The position numbers and the translations under genes are program-made. From Camelus dromedarius (taxonomy: Eukaryota): a stretch of DNA of 64,000 nt. A model generated the notes under the pieces. That model was not told the DNA's origin. It worked only from the letters and a program-made list of their open reading frames with translations, and ran no database searches. Positions 12,001-26,200 of the stretch are shown in pieces (position 1 is the first letter of the stretch; every line of letters begins with the position of its first letter). The stretch covers positions 14,384,001 through 14,448,000 of the forward strand of contig NC_087444.1 of NCBI RefSeq assembly GCF_036321535.1, in the 5' to 3' direction.

Positions 12001-15000
12001 AAAGTCTCAGAGCTGCCATGATGACTGCTAGCTAATCACCAGCCCATCTGTCCACTCTGTTTTCACTCAGCAGTTTAGTACAACACAAATTGTTAGCCTT
12101 CAGTTTTGTTTTTCTTTCAAAGACAGATAAGCCATAATATTTTGGCCTTTTTTTTTTTTTTCAGTTCCTATTGCCTACAACCTGGTTAATTTCAACCTCT
12201 CATACCCAAACTTTCCACCTTTAGCTGTGGACCCTCATCGGGCACACAACTTCATTATTCCAAAGCCCAGCGCTAACAAGAGCAGAAAAGAATGGCTGCT
12301 TTGCTCCAAATACATATGACAGTGGAGTAAAAACAAACCTCGTTCTTATTTTTTGCGGTAGCGTCGCATTCACTGTTTTCAGGCTTCCTCAGGTGCTTCC
12401 ACCTTCCTCCTTGGTCAAAAGTGATCATAGTCTGGATGGAATTATCTGAATTGGGAAAGGATGATATTAAGCCTGATAGCTCGAGGCACCCTATTAAATT
12501 CGGCTTCTCATGTGTAACTCTCTCCTAGCAGAGACTATACAACACCCTCAGAACCCCGGGGTCCCACAAGCTTGTGACATCCAACAAAATGGCTCAGGGC
12601 TGGTGAGGAACTGAGCAGAACTCTAACCACGGTATTTGAAAGAGGCTTCCTACCTGCCCAGGACCCAGCTGATTCCAGAAATCATCTAGACTGAGGCTCT
12701 CGGAAAAAGGTACATTTTATCTCCTTACTGACACAAGCAGGATGACGGCTGTTTTTCCTTGCTTGCTTGCTTGCCTTGGAAGTAAAATCTACAATGGGAA
12801 GGCATTCTAATCTTTATGCAGACAAGGCCATGATACCAGGCTTGTTTTAGGGAATCTAAACAACACGATATCAACGAGTTTGCCTAAGTCTCAATAATTC
12901 TTAATTTTTGTCTTTCTACTACTCCATATCCTATCTTCTTATACCTTTTTTTCCCTCATGTGTCTTCTCCATCCTCTGTTTTTAATGATATAAACTGTTG
13001 CAGGTTGAAATTCAGAGATATTATGCCTTGAGTTTTTCAAGGAAAATCAAAGAGAGCAAACAAAAGAAAATTCATTTATTCAATAAATGTTTAGTGCATG
13101 CCCACTATGTAAAAACTGCTGTAAGGCTTTGGGAATACATCAACAAACCAAACAGGAGAAAAACTTTGTAACATATACATTCTAGTTGGGTGAGACAGAC
13201 AAACACTAGACATTGTAAACAGGTAAATTATACAGTATGTTAGAAAGTAAGTGCTATGGAAAAAGCTTGCACAGCTAGAGGCGGACTCAGAGTGTATGTG
13301 TGTGTATGTGTGCGTGTGCAGGGGGAAGCACACTGAAATTTAAAATAAGATAGTCCGGGCAGGTCTCATCAGAAGGTAACATGAACAAAGACTGGGAGGA
13401 GGAAGGTGTCAGCCTTGCAGACATTTCAGGAGAGAGAGAAGACAATCAGTGCAAACCTCTAAGTTACGAGTGTGTGAACCTGGTGTGTTTAAGGACTGGC
13501 GGTGACTTTAGGACTTTAAGGATTGGAGTGACTAGAGGAGAGTGAGCAAAGGGGAGAAGAGTGGGAGGTGAAGTTAGGGAGGAACTCGGGGACCATAGCA
13601 CTTAGACTTTGTAGATGATTGCAAGGTCTTTGCAAAATAAAAACAAACATCACCCACCTCCTACCAAAAAATAAATACACAAATGAACAAAACCTTAAGC
13701 GTCTTTGTACTTTAAAGCACTTATTTGTACAACTAGGCCTGGTGAGCTCTGCAGAACCACTGAAGAAAATACAGGAGGACTCTTTGCTGGCTATTGCTAT
13801 GCCCTCTACAAGGAGAAAAGCAGTAAGTGGTTCAAATCCCTTCCTGTAGGCCTGGACCTCCCAACATAGAAGGGTTATTTTATAAACTAAACAACATAGG
13901 ACACCCCAGATCTTTCTTTCTGCCAGCTGTTGCTATGTTCTTTTTTAGTTCTGTTCACCATAACTTATTTAAAATGGAGCCCCAGAATTTACCTGGACAG
14001 GCTTGCTGGCTAGGCAAGCAACATTACTGGGGGCACAGGACCATCACTTTCCCCAAAAGTCTCAACTCCCAACATGTTCAGCTGAAGGACAGCTATGCCA
14101 AGACCCACCTTCTGAGAGCACACTTGTCATATAGACCCCACGGAGGGAGGTCACGTTGGTAAAGTCCGTTTCACCGCCCGTGGTGGTGTAGAGGTGTCTG
14201 TCCAAGGACTTGGAGTAGACAATGCCTCGATCATCCGAGGTAAATATGGTGCCAAATCCAGTATCTAGAACAGGCAAACAAAGACACTAAGTCTTGGGAG
14301 GGAACAGAGACAAAATATTAGTCTAACCATACACATGACTGACTGACTGTACACATTAGCCAACTGCCTCTCTTCACGATGTAGGCGCAGACCTGAGAAT
14401 CAATCAAGGTTTGATACTCAAGATCTTCGTGGCCATCTTTAATTCTAGTACCTAGTTTAGTACCTGAAATATAGTAGATGCCAAATTTGTTGAATGAATT
14501 AATCAAATGTTATAGAAAAGCTCCCCATTACATTTTGGTAGCAAAGGCACTGTATTTAGCTTCATATCTTACACCTCTTTGAATCTTTACATTCTAGAAT
14601 GATGCTTCTCAAACTCTCTGTGGTGAAGGATCAACTTTAAAATTTCAATTATGTACAAACCAATGCTTCTGTAAAATACGACAAAAATTAATCACTAGAA
14701 AAATGAAATACAAAAGAAAGACAAAATATAATCCTCAACTTTTTTTTATTAGACTCAACAGATATAAAATTACTTTGCCAAATGGCTGTAAGAGTTGCTA
14801 AATGCTTGCTCGTGCTTTCTCTACTTATTTGGTAATAAAGCATTTGCAGACGAGTTCCAGACTTCTGACCCTTCTTTGAGCAGCACTGCTCTGGAACCCT
14901 GTGCCTACCTACAAACCGTGCTGGAGTGGCAAAGCAAGTGGCCTTTTTCACAGAAGCTACATGTCATTTCTAAAAGAGCATGTTCAGTAAGCCACTAATA

Positions 15001-18000
15001 AATTCCTAGGGTTAAGGGGAAGAATCAACATGTAAGAAGGAAAGCTACTCAAAATAGGGTTTGGAGCTTAAATCTCTACACATTCCAGGGTGCAAGAGTG
15101 CCACTGCAAAGCTCTCACCTCCAGGTTCGTCCACGTGCATGAACACCATGTCATCATTAGCTGCCAGAATAGAATAGAACTGTTCCTGCCCCACGGAGGG
15201 GAGCTGGGCCATGCTCCACGTGTCCCCTTGATCTGTTGACACATGAATCCTTCTTGTTGTATCCTGGGAAAAAATGCCAATATTTATCTTTTTAATTTTC
15301 TACCAACCAAGATGCTATGTGCAGGGACATGAATAAAAACATTATTACTAATAATTGTACATATCATTATGCATTTCCTCACTGGATACAATTGTTACAA
15401 ATGAAAGGTCCTGGTACCAGGTACCAAAGCTATTTCTAACCTCTTGCAAAGATCCAGGCAATGGAACAATCCATTCTATTGTAAGTACGGCTACCTTGGC
15501 TTCCTCTTTGACTTCTTTATTCTGGTGTGGCTCTGTAAGATATCCTCCCAACCTCTGACATTCCAATTCCAATTTCCTTCAATAGAACTAAGGGTTTGTT
15601 GGGACCATCATTAGTTTAGTTTTATAGCCGTTTGCATGTGCTTGCTAAGAGAATTCTTAAAATCATGACTCTTAAACAAAAGTTTAGTCCCTTTGAGATA
15701 GTTCTGGCATAATCCAAAGAATTAGATAATTAACAGTCTAGAAAATGGAGATGAAACCCAGACTTGGGAGATCATGAAGAGAGGCAAGATGTGACACACA
15801 TCTCCTCTTTACAGAAGGCCATCAGAACAGCCATAATGAAGGGAACACGCACAGGCTGGGAAGGGGCCAAGGAGAGGCAGACATTAATAGAAGGCAGCCG
15901 ATGAGGAAGTATTTATTTAGCTGTTAAAAGGAGTCTGCTAAGGCAGCAGTTAACACCTACCGTCTGATATGTACTTTAAGGTCGCTACTAGACACAGTTT
16001 AGCCCGGACACAAGAATTAGTCCCAGAGCCGCCTTATGTTAAATACTCTAAAGTTCAGTGACAAGTACATTTAATTTATTTTTCTAACTGACACCTTAGA
16101 TGTTTACTTTAAGTCTTAGTCTCACTGTTATAGGTGGAAACTAGAGTTCAAAGCACACAGTAGAATTTTAGTTTTGCAGATAGCAGCAGTACAGTGTGTA
16201 GGTGACCAGCTCTGGAATCAGACCACCGGGTTTCCACCAAGGTTCCACGTCTGGGTCACCCCGGGCATGTTACACAATTTCTTCAAATAAAAACCGAGAT
16301 AACAGTCGGAGCTTATAGGGTTATTGGGAGGATTATTACAAAACTGCTCGAGGGAGTGATCTGCAGTTAAAGTGCCTACTACCCGTCTCCAATTTGCTCC
16401 GAACCCACTCCAACCAGTCTTTAAACCCAGTGCTCCAAGGAAACTGATTTCATCAGGATCACCAGCAATCTGTACTTTGCCAACTCCAGTGGCTAATTCT
16501 CAGAACTCATCTAACTCCACATCTCAGCTGAACTTGACACAGTTGATCACTCCTTCTTTCTTGAAACATGTCTTTCAGTTGGCTTTCGTGACATCACGCT
16601 GTCCTATTTTCCCCACCTCCCTGGCTCCTCCCTCTCAGTCTTCCCTGCTGGCTTCTCCATCTCCTTCCCACCTTTCTGTGCTGGGGTGCTTCAGGGCACC
16701 AGGTGCTCAGCCCTCCCACCTCTTCTCTACCTACTCATTCTTCCACAAGACATCATCCAATCACATGGCTTTAAATACCATATAATTTGGGGAGATTCAT
16801 ACACCCAAATGCTTATTTGACATCTCCACCTAGATAACTAATAGGTATCTTGCATCCAAAACTGAATTCTTGATTTTCCTCCCACAGACTCGCGTCTCCT
16901 GCAGTCTTTGCCATCTCAGTGAACAGCACCACCATTCACCTAGTTGCTCAGGTCAAACACTAAAGTTACCCCTGATTCATCTCATTCTCTTACAATCCAT
17001 ATCTTACCCATCAGCAAATCCTATTGGCCATACATTTAAAAATACATCCACAATTTTTCCACTTCTCCCTTCATCTACTGTTAACGGCCTGGTCCAACTA
17101 CCGTCTCTCTCACTACTGCTCTTGCTGCTTCCATTCCTGCCCCATCAGGCTACTCCACACACACCTATTCTGTCTAAAGAGAAGGCGAATCATGCCATTC
17201 CCCTCCTCGCAACCCAGCTTCTCAGCACGTGAAGGATGAAAGGCAAGGTCTTAAATGTGGCCTATAAAGAGCCTGTGTGATCTGGCCACTGGCTCCCCGT
17301 CTCTGGATGGCCCTTCTCTGTGCTCAGCCACGCTGCCCTTCTTACTCGTCTTCAGTACTGCAAGCAGGCTGCAGCCCGAGGGCCTGGGCACTCCCTGCTT
17401 CCCCAGCCTCCCGTCCACAAAGCTCTGCCCTCATTTCAGTCAGGTCTCAGAGAGCCCATCTGAACCACCCGATCTGAATTCAACAGGACTGCTCCCACCC
17501 CTGCCACTTCCTATGGATTTACTCTGCTTTCAACTTCTTCAGAGCTTTAATCATTACCTGATATTATATCATATTTATTAATTTAGTATCTATCTCCCTA
17601 CTTGAATGGAAGCTCTGCAAGCAGGACATTTATCTGTTTTGTTAGTTGTCGTATGCCAGGAACCTAGAATAGTACTTGGTATATAGTAGGTACTCACTTA
17701 GTGTTACATATTTCCACTATTATTATTGGAAAATGAGCAAGTGGATTGCCTTTTTTCAGACAGCCATGTCTGAGTAAAGCCCAAACACTGGATTTACATA
17801 TCTCAAAACAGATACCAGAATTCACATGGTGACACAGGCCAAAGTACAGAGTTGCCCAGAAGAGTCAATTGGCCTCTATAAAAAGAATCACTTCCAAGTC
17901 TTACACTGATTAAATATTGTAAAAGGGGAAGAAACTCCATCAGTACACATAATAAAAGCTATCTGAGGCATATTTTACAGAAATATCAGAACTGGAAGAG

Positions 18001-21000
18001 AAGAGGCAAATACCCACCTTATCAGCCATCACAGAGGCAAAAAGGAACCGTCCCCCGAGACCAAATGAGTAGATTTTCACCCCAATGGTCTTAAAGCTTT
18101 TCCCCAAGTCTGAAGTTCTCCGTAATTCCAGTGCCCCAAGGTCAGCTTCTTAAACAAGACAAAGTGTTAATTAAAATTTCACTTACTAGTGAGCCTCTAG
18201 TTCAAAACAACTGTTTTAGAATTCCTCTTAATTTTACAGCAAAAGGATTTTTAATCCTATGCATGTTAATCAAGTGACAATAAAAATGATACAGCGTTAG
18301 ACATAGGAAATTCACATTTGGGTTTTATCTTTATACATGTGAGGTTTAATACTGGACAGAAAGACAGTTTACTTAATTCCAATACAGTGTTGCATAAAAA
18401 CACCAACAACCACAGCATCCTGCTTTACTTTCTTCATGACACAGTTTGAAATTATTCTATTTTAAGTTGTCTTGTTTGAGTTTTGGTTTTCCCGCTGTTC
18501 ATCCAACAACCTTATTTGAATTTAACCTCCATGAAAGGAGGCCTTGGGTGCCTTGTTCTCTCCATCCTTACGATAGTGTTTAGCAGACCACTGCAGGTGT
18601 GCAAACGAATGAATATATGAAATGAATCTGTTGAATGAATAAGTGAAAGATTATGCTTTCTGCTTTGAAACTGTACCACTGACTGGAAAACCAATGGCCA
18701 ACACAAACACAATCCATGTTCTTGGGCAGAAATCACTATGCATTTCAATTTGTTTCTTGTTTGTAGCCCAATATTTACTTTACGTAAATATATTACTAAA
18801 ATTAAGTATACTGTCTCTGTGTATAGCTTGCATTTTTAATTGGATCCCGGCACAGTAATGTAACTTTCAAGATTTTAAAAGTCATTAACAGCTAGTTGAT
18901 AGCGGGGTATATGTATCTTTATAAATGAATTCTTATTCTGTGGTTGGCTTTGTTCCTTTGATAATTATGTAAGTTTAAAAACTAAAGCTCTAAACATTCT
19001 TAGAAATAATGAACAGTACATATCTGTAAATTTTAAAAAATGTGCAGTAAATTGTACATATGTATTTACGTGCAATATATTGTATATATGCAGTCAAACT
19101 GTGACAATTCTACCTAATAAAACTGAAACCTGAAAAAAAAAATCCCAATAAATCTGGCTTTTTGACCCCCCCCCAAAAAAAATCATTAACAGCTGTCTTA
19201 AGCATTAAAATTACAGGATAATGGAAGGAACTTTAATGCTTCTACCTCTTACAACCCAGAATATTCTACCAGGACACTCTTTGCTGGGACTAAAATATAC
19301 TTACTGCAGGAGCCATTCACGTAGGTGGTAAAGAAGATGGTGTTTCCTGATCCCCTACAATGAGGCAAAGACAGGGAAAAGACACGGTTCAGGACTGCTA
19401 ATAGACTGTGTCAACCTTAGTCACTTAGCTCCAAGCAGGTCTAATAAGCTTCATCACTGGGTGCCAGCATCCCTGGTACCAGCTCAAACAGCCTTCTTGG
19501 ATGCTGCACACCTGATTCTTCCACAGCCTTACATCGAGGTTCCCCACAGCCTGGCCCGGGCATTTCCCACAGTCCCCTCCTTTTTTATGTGAGCTCTTCC
19601 AGCCAGTCAAACTAGTCTACTTACACTCTCCAAACCTGGATCTGGTCACAGTGTTTCCTTCTTAAAACGCTTTTCTCTCATGTAACTAAATTTTATGCTC
19701 ACAATCTTCAGGCTCCAGATTAAAATCTAGCTCTTCCATGAAGCTTTCCCTATCACTCTAAATGGGAGTCTCCTTTGCTGCAAACTTCTAGAGCACTGGT
19801 TCTCAATTGGGGCGGTTTTGGTCCCCAAGGGACGTGTCTGGTTGCCACAACTGAGGGAGTTAAACGTCACGCTATGCACAGGACGGCCTCACAACAAGGG
19901 ACCGTCCAGTATGAGCGCCGCTAGTGCTGAGGCTGAGAAACCCTTCTCCGGAGCCCTGTGCTGCTCTGTGTCAGCCACTTGGCGCTCCTCTGTCTCCTGT
20001 TTGGCTATTTTAATTGCAGTGTGTGCCTTATCTCTCCTGCTACACTACGGAGTTCTTCAGGGCAGGTACTAAGTTTAATACTTTATTGTTTTCCCTTAGA
20101 ACCTAAGGAACCTACTGTTTTCCCTTAGAACTTTGCATGCAGTAAATAATTTAGATCTTTCATCTCAAATAGACAACTAGGTCAGAGGCTGAATTATTTA
20201 AATTCTAACTTGGAAAGGGAGTCTGTAGGGAACTGGATTCAGATCCCGATAATACTTAATGATTACCACCAGCAAAAGGTGCTGGGTCTCAGAGAGAACA
20301 AACTAGTGGTTACTTCCAGTGGGGACAGGAAAGGGTGGAGGAGCAAGATAGGGTTAGGAGAGTAAGGCACAAACTACTATGTATAAAATAAATAAGCTAC
20401 AATGATATATTGTACATTAGAGAGAACACAGGCAATATTTTATAATAAGCACAAATGGAGTATAATCTATAAAATTTTTGAATCACTATGTTGTACACCT
20501 GAAACTAATATAGTATTGTAATTCAACCATACTTCAATAAAAAAATGGGTGCTGGGTCTTGAGTATGTTCTTTCAGAACTTTAGGTTGTAAATTTCTACA
20601 AACCAAAGATCTAAAAAGTGAGTAAACAGTTACCAGAAGCCCAGCTGTCTTGTATCTAACTATTCAAAGAAGTAAGTTACAAAAGTAAAAAATCTTGTAT
20701 AGGATACAAAATATGATTTGAAAATAACTTTTTAGTTTTAAAGATGAGTTTTGTTTGTTTCTTTTAGCTTTACTGAGGTATAATTGACAAAATTATAAGA
20801 TATTAAAAGTGCACATTGTGGTGATTTGATATATATACGTAAAGATAAGTTTCAATGATCAAATTTATTATAGTCTTACTTAAACATATCCTACATATTT
20901 TAGGTGCATCAGGAATTAAATAACTGGTTAACTTAGTGACTTTAAAAATTCCTTCCTGATAGGCCATCTAGGATACAAATACAATTAACTAAAATACAAA

Positions 21001-23241
21001 AACAAAAGCAGATGCAGCATGCGTATCCTAGTGGTGCTGTGAAAACCTCATTTAACCAGCATTTTCTAAAAAAGAACACTTTACTTAAGCACCATTTTTT
21101 AATATTTCAGTTAATTTTAGTAGACCTTTTTGGCAATGTCTATATTACACATTTTGCTATCTCCCCAAGTAGAGGACATTAAATATTAAACTCCTCCTTG
21201 GGATTACGGTCCATCCTCGTGAACAACAACCATGTGAAAGTGAAACACAGGGTTCCCACTAGAAGTTACAGAGGCACGTGAGCCCTCCTGAAACCGCACT
21301 GGACACTCTGGTCCTGCTGCGCTCTGCCCCTGCCTGCTCTTAGACTTCTTCTGCCTCCCCGCGGCTCCCAGGCAGCAGACTCTCAGTGTGGCCCGTGCTT
21401 GTTGTTCGCACTCACATGCTCCACCTCTAGCAGCAACCTGCTATCCTCTGGGAAACCAGATAGACAAATTTGCTGAAATTAGTCAAAGAGAAAGAAGATG
21501 GAGGCTCTAAACAAGGGTCTGAGCCTAGTCAGAATTTTGGAGGTATAAAGGCCCTTAATTCAATCTGTGCTCAACCATCCCTCAAATAACCATCCCCCAA
21601 ACAAACCTCCTTTCACAGAAGGGAAAAACCAAAGCCCAGAGAGGTTGAGCCACTGACTAGCAGTGGACCCAGGCTAGAACAAAGGGGACCTGACTCCCAG
21701 GTAAGAGCCTCCTGCACGCTATCATCTTTAAGCAGGCACAGGGGTGGCGGGGAGTGAATGAGCTTTGGGGCACAGACGTGTGACTCTGGCAGCCTGGAAG
21801 CTCTGTGAGCTTTTTCGTGATTCCTCACAACATTCCACGTAACTGAAATGGCTCTCCAGATGAGTACATAAGTCCCCAGATCAAAGCTGTATTTTATCGC
21901 AATTGATGTCATCATTTACATAGAATAAACCTTCTGTAGCCAGCAGCTACTCAGTAATGCGCCTTATTTTATACTTTATATACTAACACTTGGCGAGACT
22001 AAGTCTTCTTTCCCAGCGGAATTAGAAGCTCCTCCAGGTCAAGGTCTGTGTCATACCCCTCTCTCGTATCCCTTACCACATCCTGAAGAGTACTTGGCAC
22101 ATAGTAAGTGCTCAATATTTATTCATGTGACTTTTGGCAGCACCGTCAGGAAAGGTTTAGGGCTCTGCANNNNNNNNNNNNNNNNNNNNNNNNNNNNNNN
22201 NNNNNNNNNNNNNNNNNNNNNNNNNNNNNNNNNNNNNNNNNNNNNNNNNNNNNNNNNNNNNNNNNNNNNNNNNNNNNNNNNNNNNNNNNNNNNNNNNNNN
22301 NNNNNNNNNTGTGCAGCTGCTTGTATGACCTTTAATAATTCGTATCCAATCATTCAGGACAGTAAAAACACACACTGAAGTTCCATCCAAGCCTGAGCTC
22401 CACAGACACACACACGGTTTACAGGGGCCCCTTCAGGGTCTTGGAAATTCAGAATGACAAGTGCTTATGAAGTGCCTACTATGTGCCAGGCACTGTACCA
22501 GACGTTGCATTGGGGATACAAAGATGAATAAGACACACTCCCTGCTCTTAAGGAGCTAACAGTTTAACAAGGGGTACAGATTAGAAGCTTTGATACATGT
22601 GGTAAGTATTATGGCAACGCAGTCTCTGGGGTAAGAGTAAGGAAAGGAGGGACATTGCATCAGAGATGTGAAGAAGACAGCTGAACTGAGTCAAATGACG
22701 AGCAGTGTAGCCAAAAGAAGGCAAATGGGGAGATGAGATGTCCCTGCACAAAGACAGACTGGTATCAGCAGAGGCAGAGACGTAGTGAAACATTGCAGTA
22801 TGTGCAGGGAGCTTTGCCTTCAGACACAGATGGAGCACAAATTCCAAGGAGAGGAGAGGAGGAGCCAAACTGGGGACAGAGGTGGGGCCCGCTCATGGAG
22901 AGCCCTCCTTCTATGCTGTGCTGAGGAACCTGGTCTTTATTTTATATGAGGTCCTTAAAGGAGGAGGGTGCACTAAGTAGCTGAATGACAGGCAGCTTTA
23001 GTTTTCTAAGAGGAATACTTGGATGACAATGGCAAAGATGGATTTCAGAGGGTCCAAACTAGGAGCAGGAAAAACAGTGACTAACTGCTACATTAGCTCA
23101 CTAAGAGTTAGTGAGGCCTGAAACCATAGCTGTGAGGAGCAGGCTCAGGAAGAATTTAGAAGCTAGATTCAGTAGAACTAGATGACTTCCTGTAGGGCAG
23201 GATGGAGAGAGAGAGAGACGGAGAGAGAGAGAGTGTGTGTG

Positions 23242-23278
<37 letters not shown>

Positions 23279-26200
23279 TGAACACTCCAGGATTCTGGCT
23301 GAGTAGTAAGAAGCACTACAGAATCTTTAGTCAGTATAAGGATGATGGGAAGAACAGCATGCCTGAGAGAAGGGCAGGGAGGAAGTCAGTTTTAGACTGA
23401 GTTTGAGGGACCTGTGGGACATCTAGCTAGAGATACATAGGAAGCAACAAGATAGGAATCTGCAGCCCTAGGAAGCCAGGAGATTTGAGATTTGAGAATC
23501 TTATACATTGTAGTGGTACTAAAATGGTAAAAGGGGAAGAGATTACTCAGAGTAAAATCAGTCAGAGCAATTTAAGGGTAGCTTGAAAGGAGTTTAAGAA
23601 AGAGACTAAGAAGCAATAGTTAGAGGATAGGAGAGAACCAAAGGAAATAATGTCCCAGAAGCCAAGCAAGTGGAGTTCCCCAAAGGAGGGACTGGTCAAT
23701 ACTTTCAAACATAGCAGAGACTTTATAAGATAAAGACTGATAATTTTAGTTACATTAGCCACATGAGCCTAGTGGGCTCAGGTTCAGTGGTACAGCTGAA
23801 ATTAAACTGGTGCTGATCTAGGCAGAATTTATCTTCAGTGCTCCCCAACTCTCACCTACCATCTTCCTCCCCGGTAATGTCACCTCCTAGCATTCCTAAT
23901 TTACCCAGTTTCACTTAGAAACACGAAAGGGTCTGATACCACTTATTTGCACTTTAGTACAAATTGGTCCATCTTCTCCAAGATGATTATCTGTACTTCA
24001 AACTTACCCTTAATTGGAAGAAATTTCAGATGTGAAATAGATTGTGCCTGCCTCTTCCTGAGGATAGCCTGTTTTAATAAGCTTAAGATACCTGGTAATG
24101 GCGAAGGGGTGGTCAAAGGCAGATGGATGGTTCTGTCCATTCCTATGGGGGTCTCTTTGTTCTCTTGAAGGGCCTTCAGCTCAAGCTGCTACAGGCCAGT
24201 TTCCAGGAATTGTTGATTTAAGATCTGACGCCTACCCAGCAGGCTAGTTTCCTTCCTCTAGCCTCCTGCAGATAAGCTTAACTCTGACCTTCGCTGAGCC
24301 CTCCAGCCTTTCCTCAATCCAAAGATCTGCCCGCAGAAGGCCCAGAACTCACACCTCTCTTCCAAGTGTCCTTCACCCTCCCTATGTCATCCGTTTGCTC
24401 AGCCCAACTTGTCTATATTTGATGATCCTACTTCCATCCCCAGAATGGTCATTACAACAATGGCTCTCAAATTTTAGCATGCAGATTCTGCTGGGGAGCT
24501 TGTTAAAAACATTAGCCATCTTGCAACCAAGCCACTGACGTACTCTATCTGGATCAGGGCCAAGGAATGTGCATCTTAAACCAGCCTCCCAGGGGTTTCT
24601 ATCTGATGTTGCTGGTCAGTAGACCACACTCTGAGAAATAAGATGAGAGAGAGCCATAGAAACATAAAGTATGAGTATCACAGTCTAGCAACTCAGCCAC
24701 CCTGGGCCTTTAACATCCATGATAAAGGAGACTGGTCCTTCAGGAAAGGAAAAAGCTGAGCTGCTCCTCAGGGAACTTTCAGAAGAGAAGTGGGAGGGGC
24801 AGAGAGGGACACTGGTTTCTGGGGAGAATATAGGAGTGTGGTAGGGGGTGCAGGGCTTCAAGACCCTAGATATTTAATACATGAGTGTCAAAGACAAATC
24901 AACAGGTTTTACATACTAAGGACCTAAAAACAAAAAAATTATAAAGATGTGGTTTGGCCACAGGAAAGGAACACTGACAACATCAGGGGTCTGACAATTT
25001 ATGCTTGTCCCTTGCAGCACAAGGATGATTACAGTAAACTGTTTTCTAGTTCATTACTCTAACAGCGCATATCTATTCACTTAAAAAAAAACTGTAATGA
25101 CAACTAGACATCATACTTATCTGGAACAGAAAGCACATGAAAATCGTGCCCTTTACCAAATAGGGGGGAAAATGCAAAAAAAACAAAAGAAAAAACAAAA
25201 AACATTACTTCATACCATAAGAAATCACCAGAAAACAGTCCAACATAAAGGCATTACCTACAGGGTCCTCTTAGGACAATACAGTTTGAGACTATAAAAA
25301 TGCAAAAGGCAAGACAAGTTCCTCAACTGGACTTACTTCGGTGCTGAGGGCTAAAAGGTAATCAGAATTCTGAGGGCTGTACATCATCTGAGTCAGAGGA
25401 TGAAAAGGGAGATTGGTCTGAATAAAGTTCTTTGCAAAATCTGATGATCTGAAGATTCTGCCTCCATGACTTCCTCCAGACACCTCTGCTGTTAAAATCA
25501 CCTGGTTCGGAAGAAGAAAGTTCAAAATCAGGGTATAATACTATAAAAGCACACAAAGTTCTCACACCATTTGCACCAGACATTTTTCAAGAAAATTTTA
25601 GTTTCAAAAGTAAGAAGAGTTATAAAAACAGATTAGTTGGTACACTCTACTCCTCAAGTATTAGTCTTAATCAAAATACATTATCCTGAATTGAGCTAGT
25701 GCCTCATATCTATAAACTTAAGCCTGGTCAATTTGAGATAAAGCCAGCTTCCCAAAAGACTGAAATGTTGTCTTAAGATGTATACCCTGTAATGCTAAAC
25801 CACCACCATATAATTATGAAGAGCTCTGGTACCTCTTGGACAGGGACTGAGAAAAGAACCTGTGTGCTAAATTCCATTCTTCTGTATCAGTATTAAATTA
25901 CGTTTAATTTTAAAATATAGTAATAGTAAACTAAATACACTGCCGTGTATCACTGGACCATTCCAATATCAACATCTGACAGCCCTGCATATGGTAGCAA
26001 GCCTGGCTTTGTGTATGTATGAATGAGTCTCACCTTCCCAGAGTTCTCAGGACCAATTGCCATGCCAAATTCAGTTCGAATGAAGGTGTTATTGATGAGA
26101 TTTGTAATATCCTTAAAGTTCTTTCCATAGTCCTCACTGAGAGGAAGGGAAAACAAACAAACAAAAGACAAATTTAGAACACAGCAGTCATGGACACTGT

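Noticed and set aside
16372-17581. ORFs of 108-137 aa on the plus strand
   Set aside because: They lie in a decayed pyrimidine-rich L2 remnant, are Ser/Leu/Pro-biased and have no recognisable domain.
219-22310. SORT1 pseudogenisation or loss of exons 6 and 19
   Set aside because: Both missing exons coincide with N runs of adequate size, and all visible exons are open with canonical splice sites.
23204-23274. TG repeat as a TDP-43 site
   Set aside because: TG is on the plus strand, so the SORT1 pre-mRNA reads CA and UC there.
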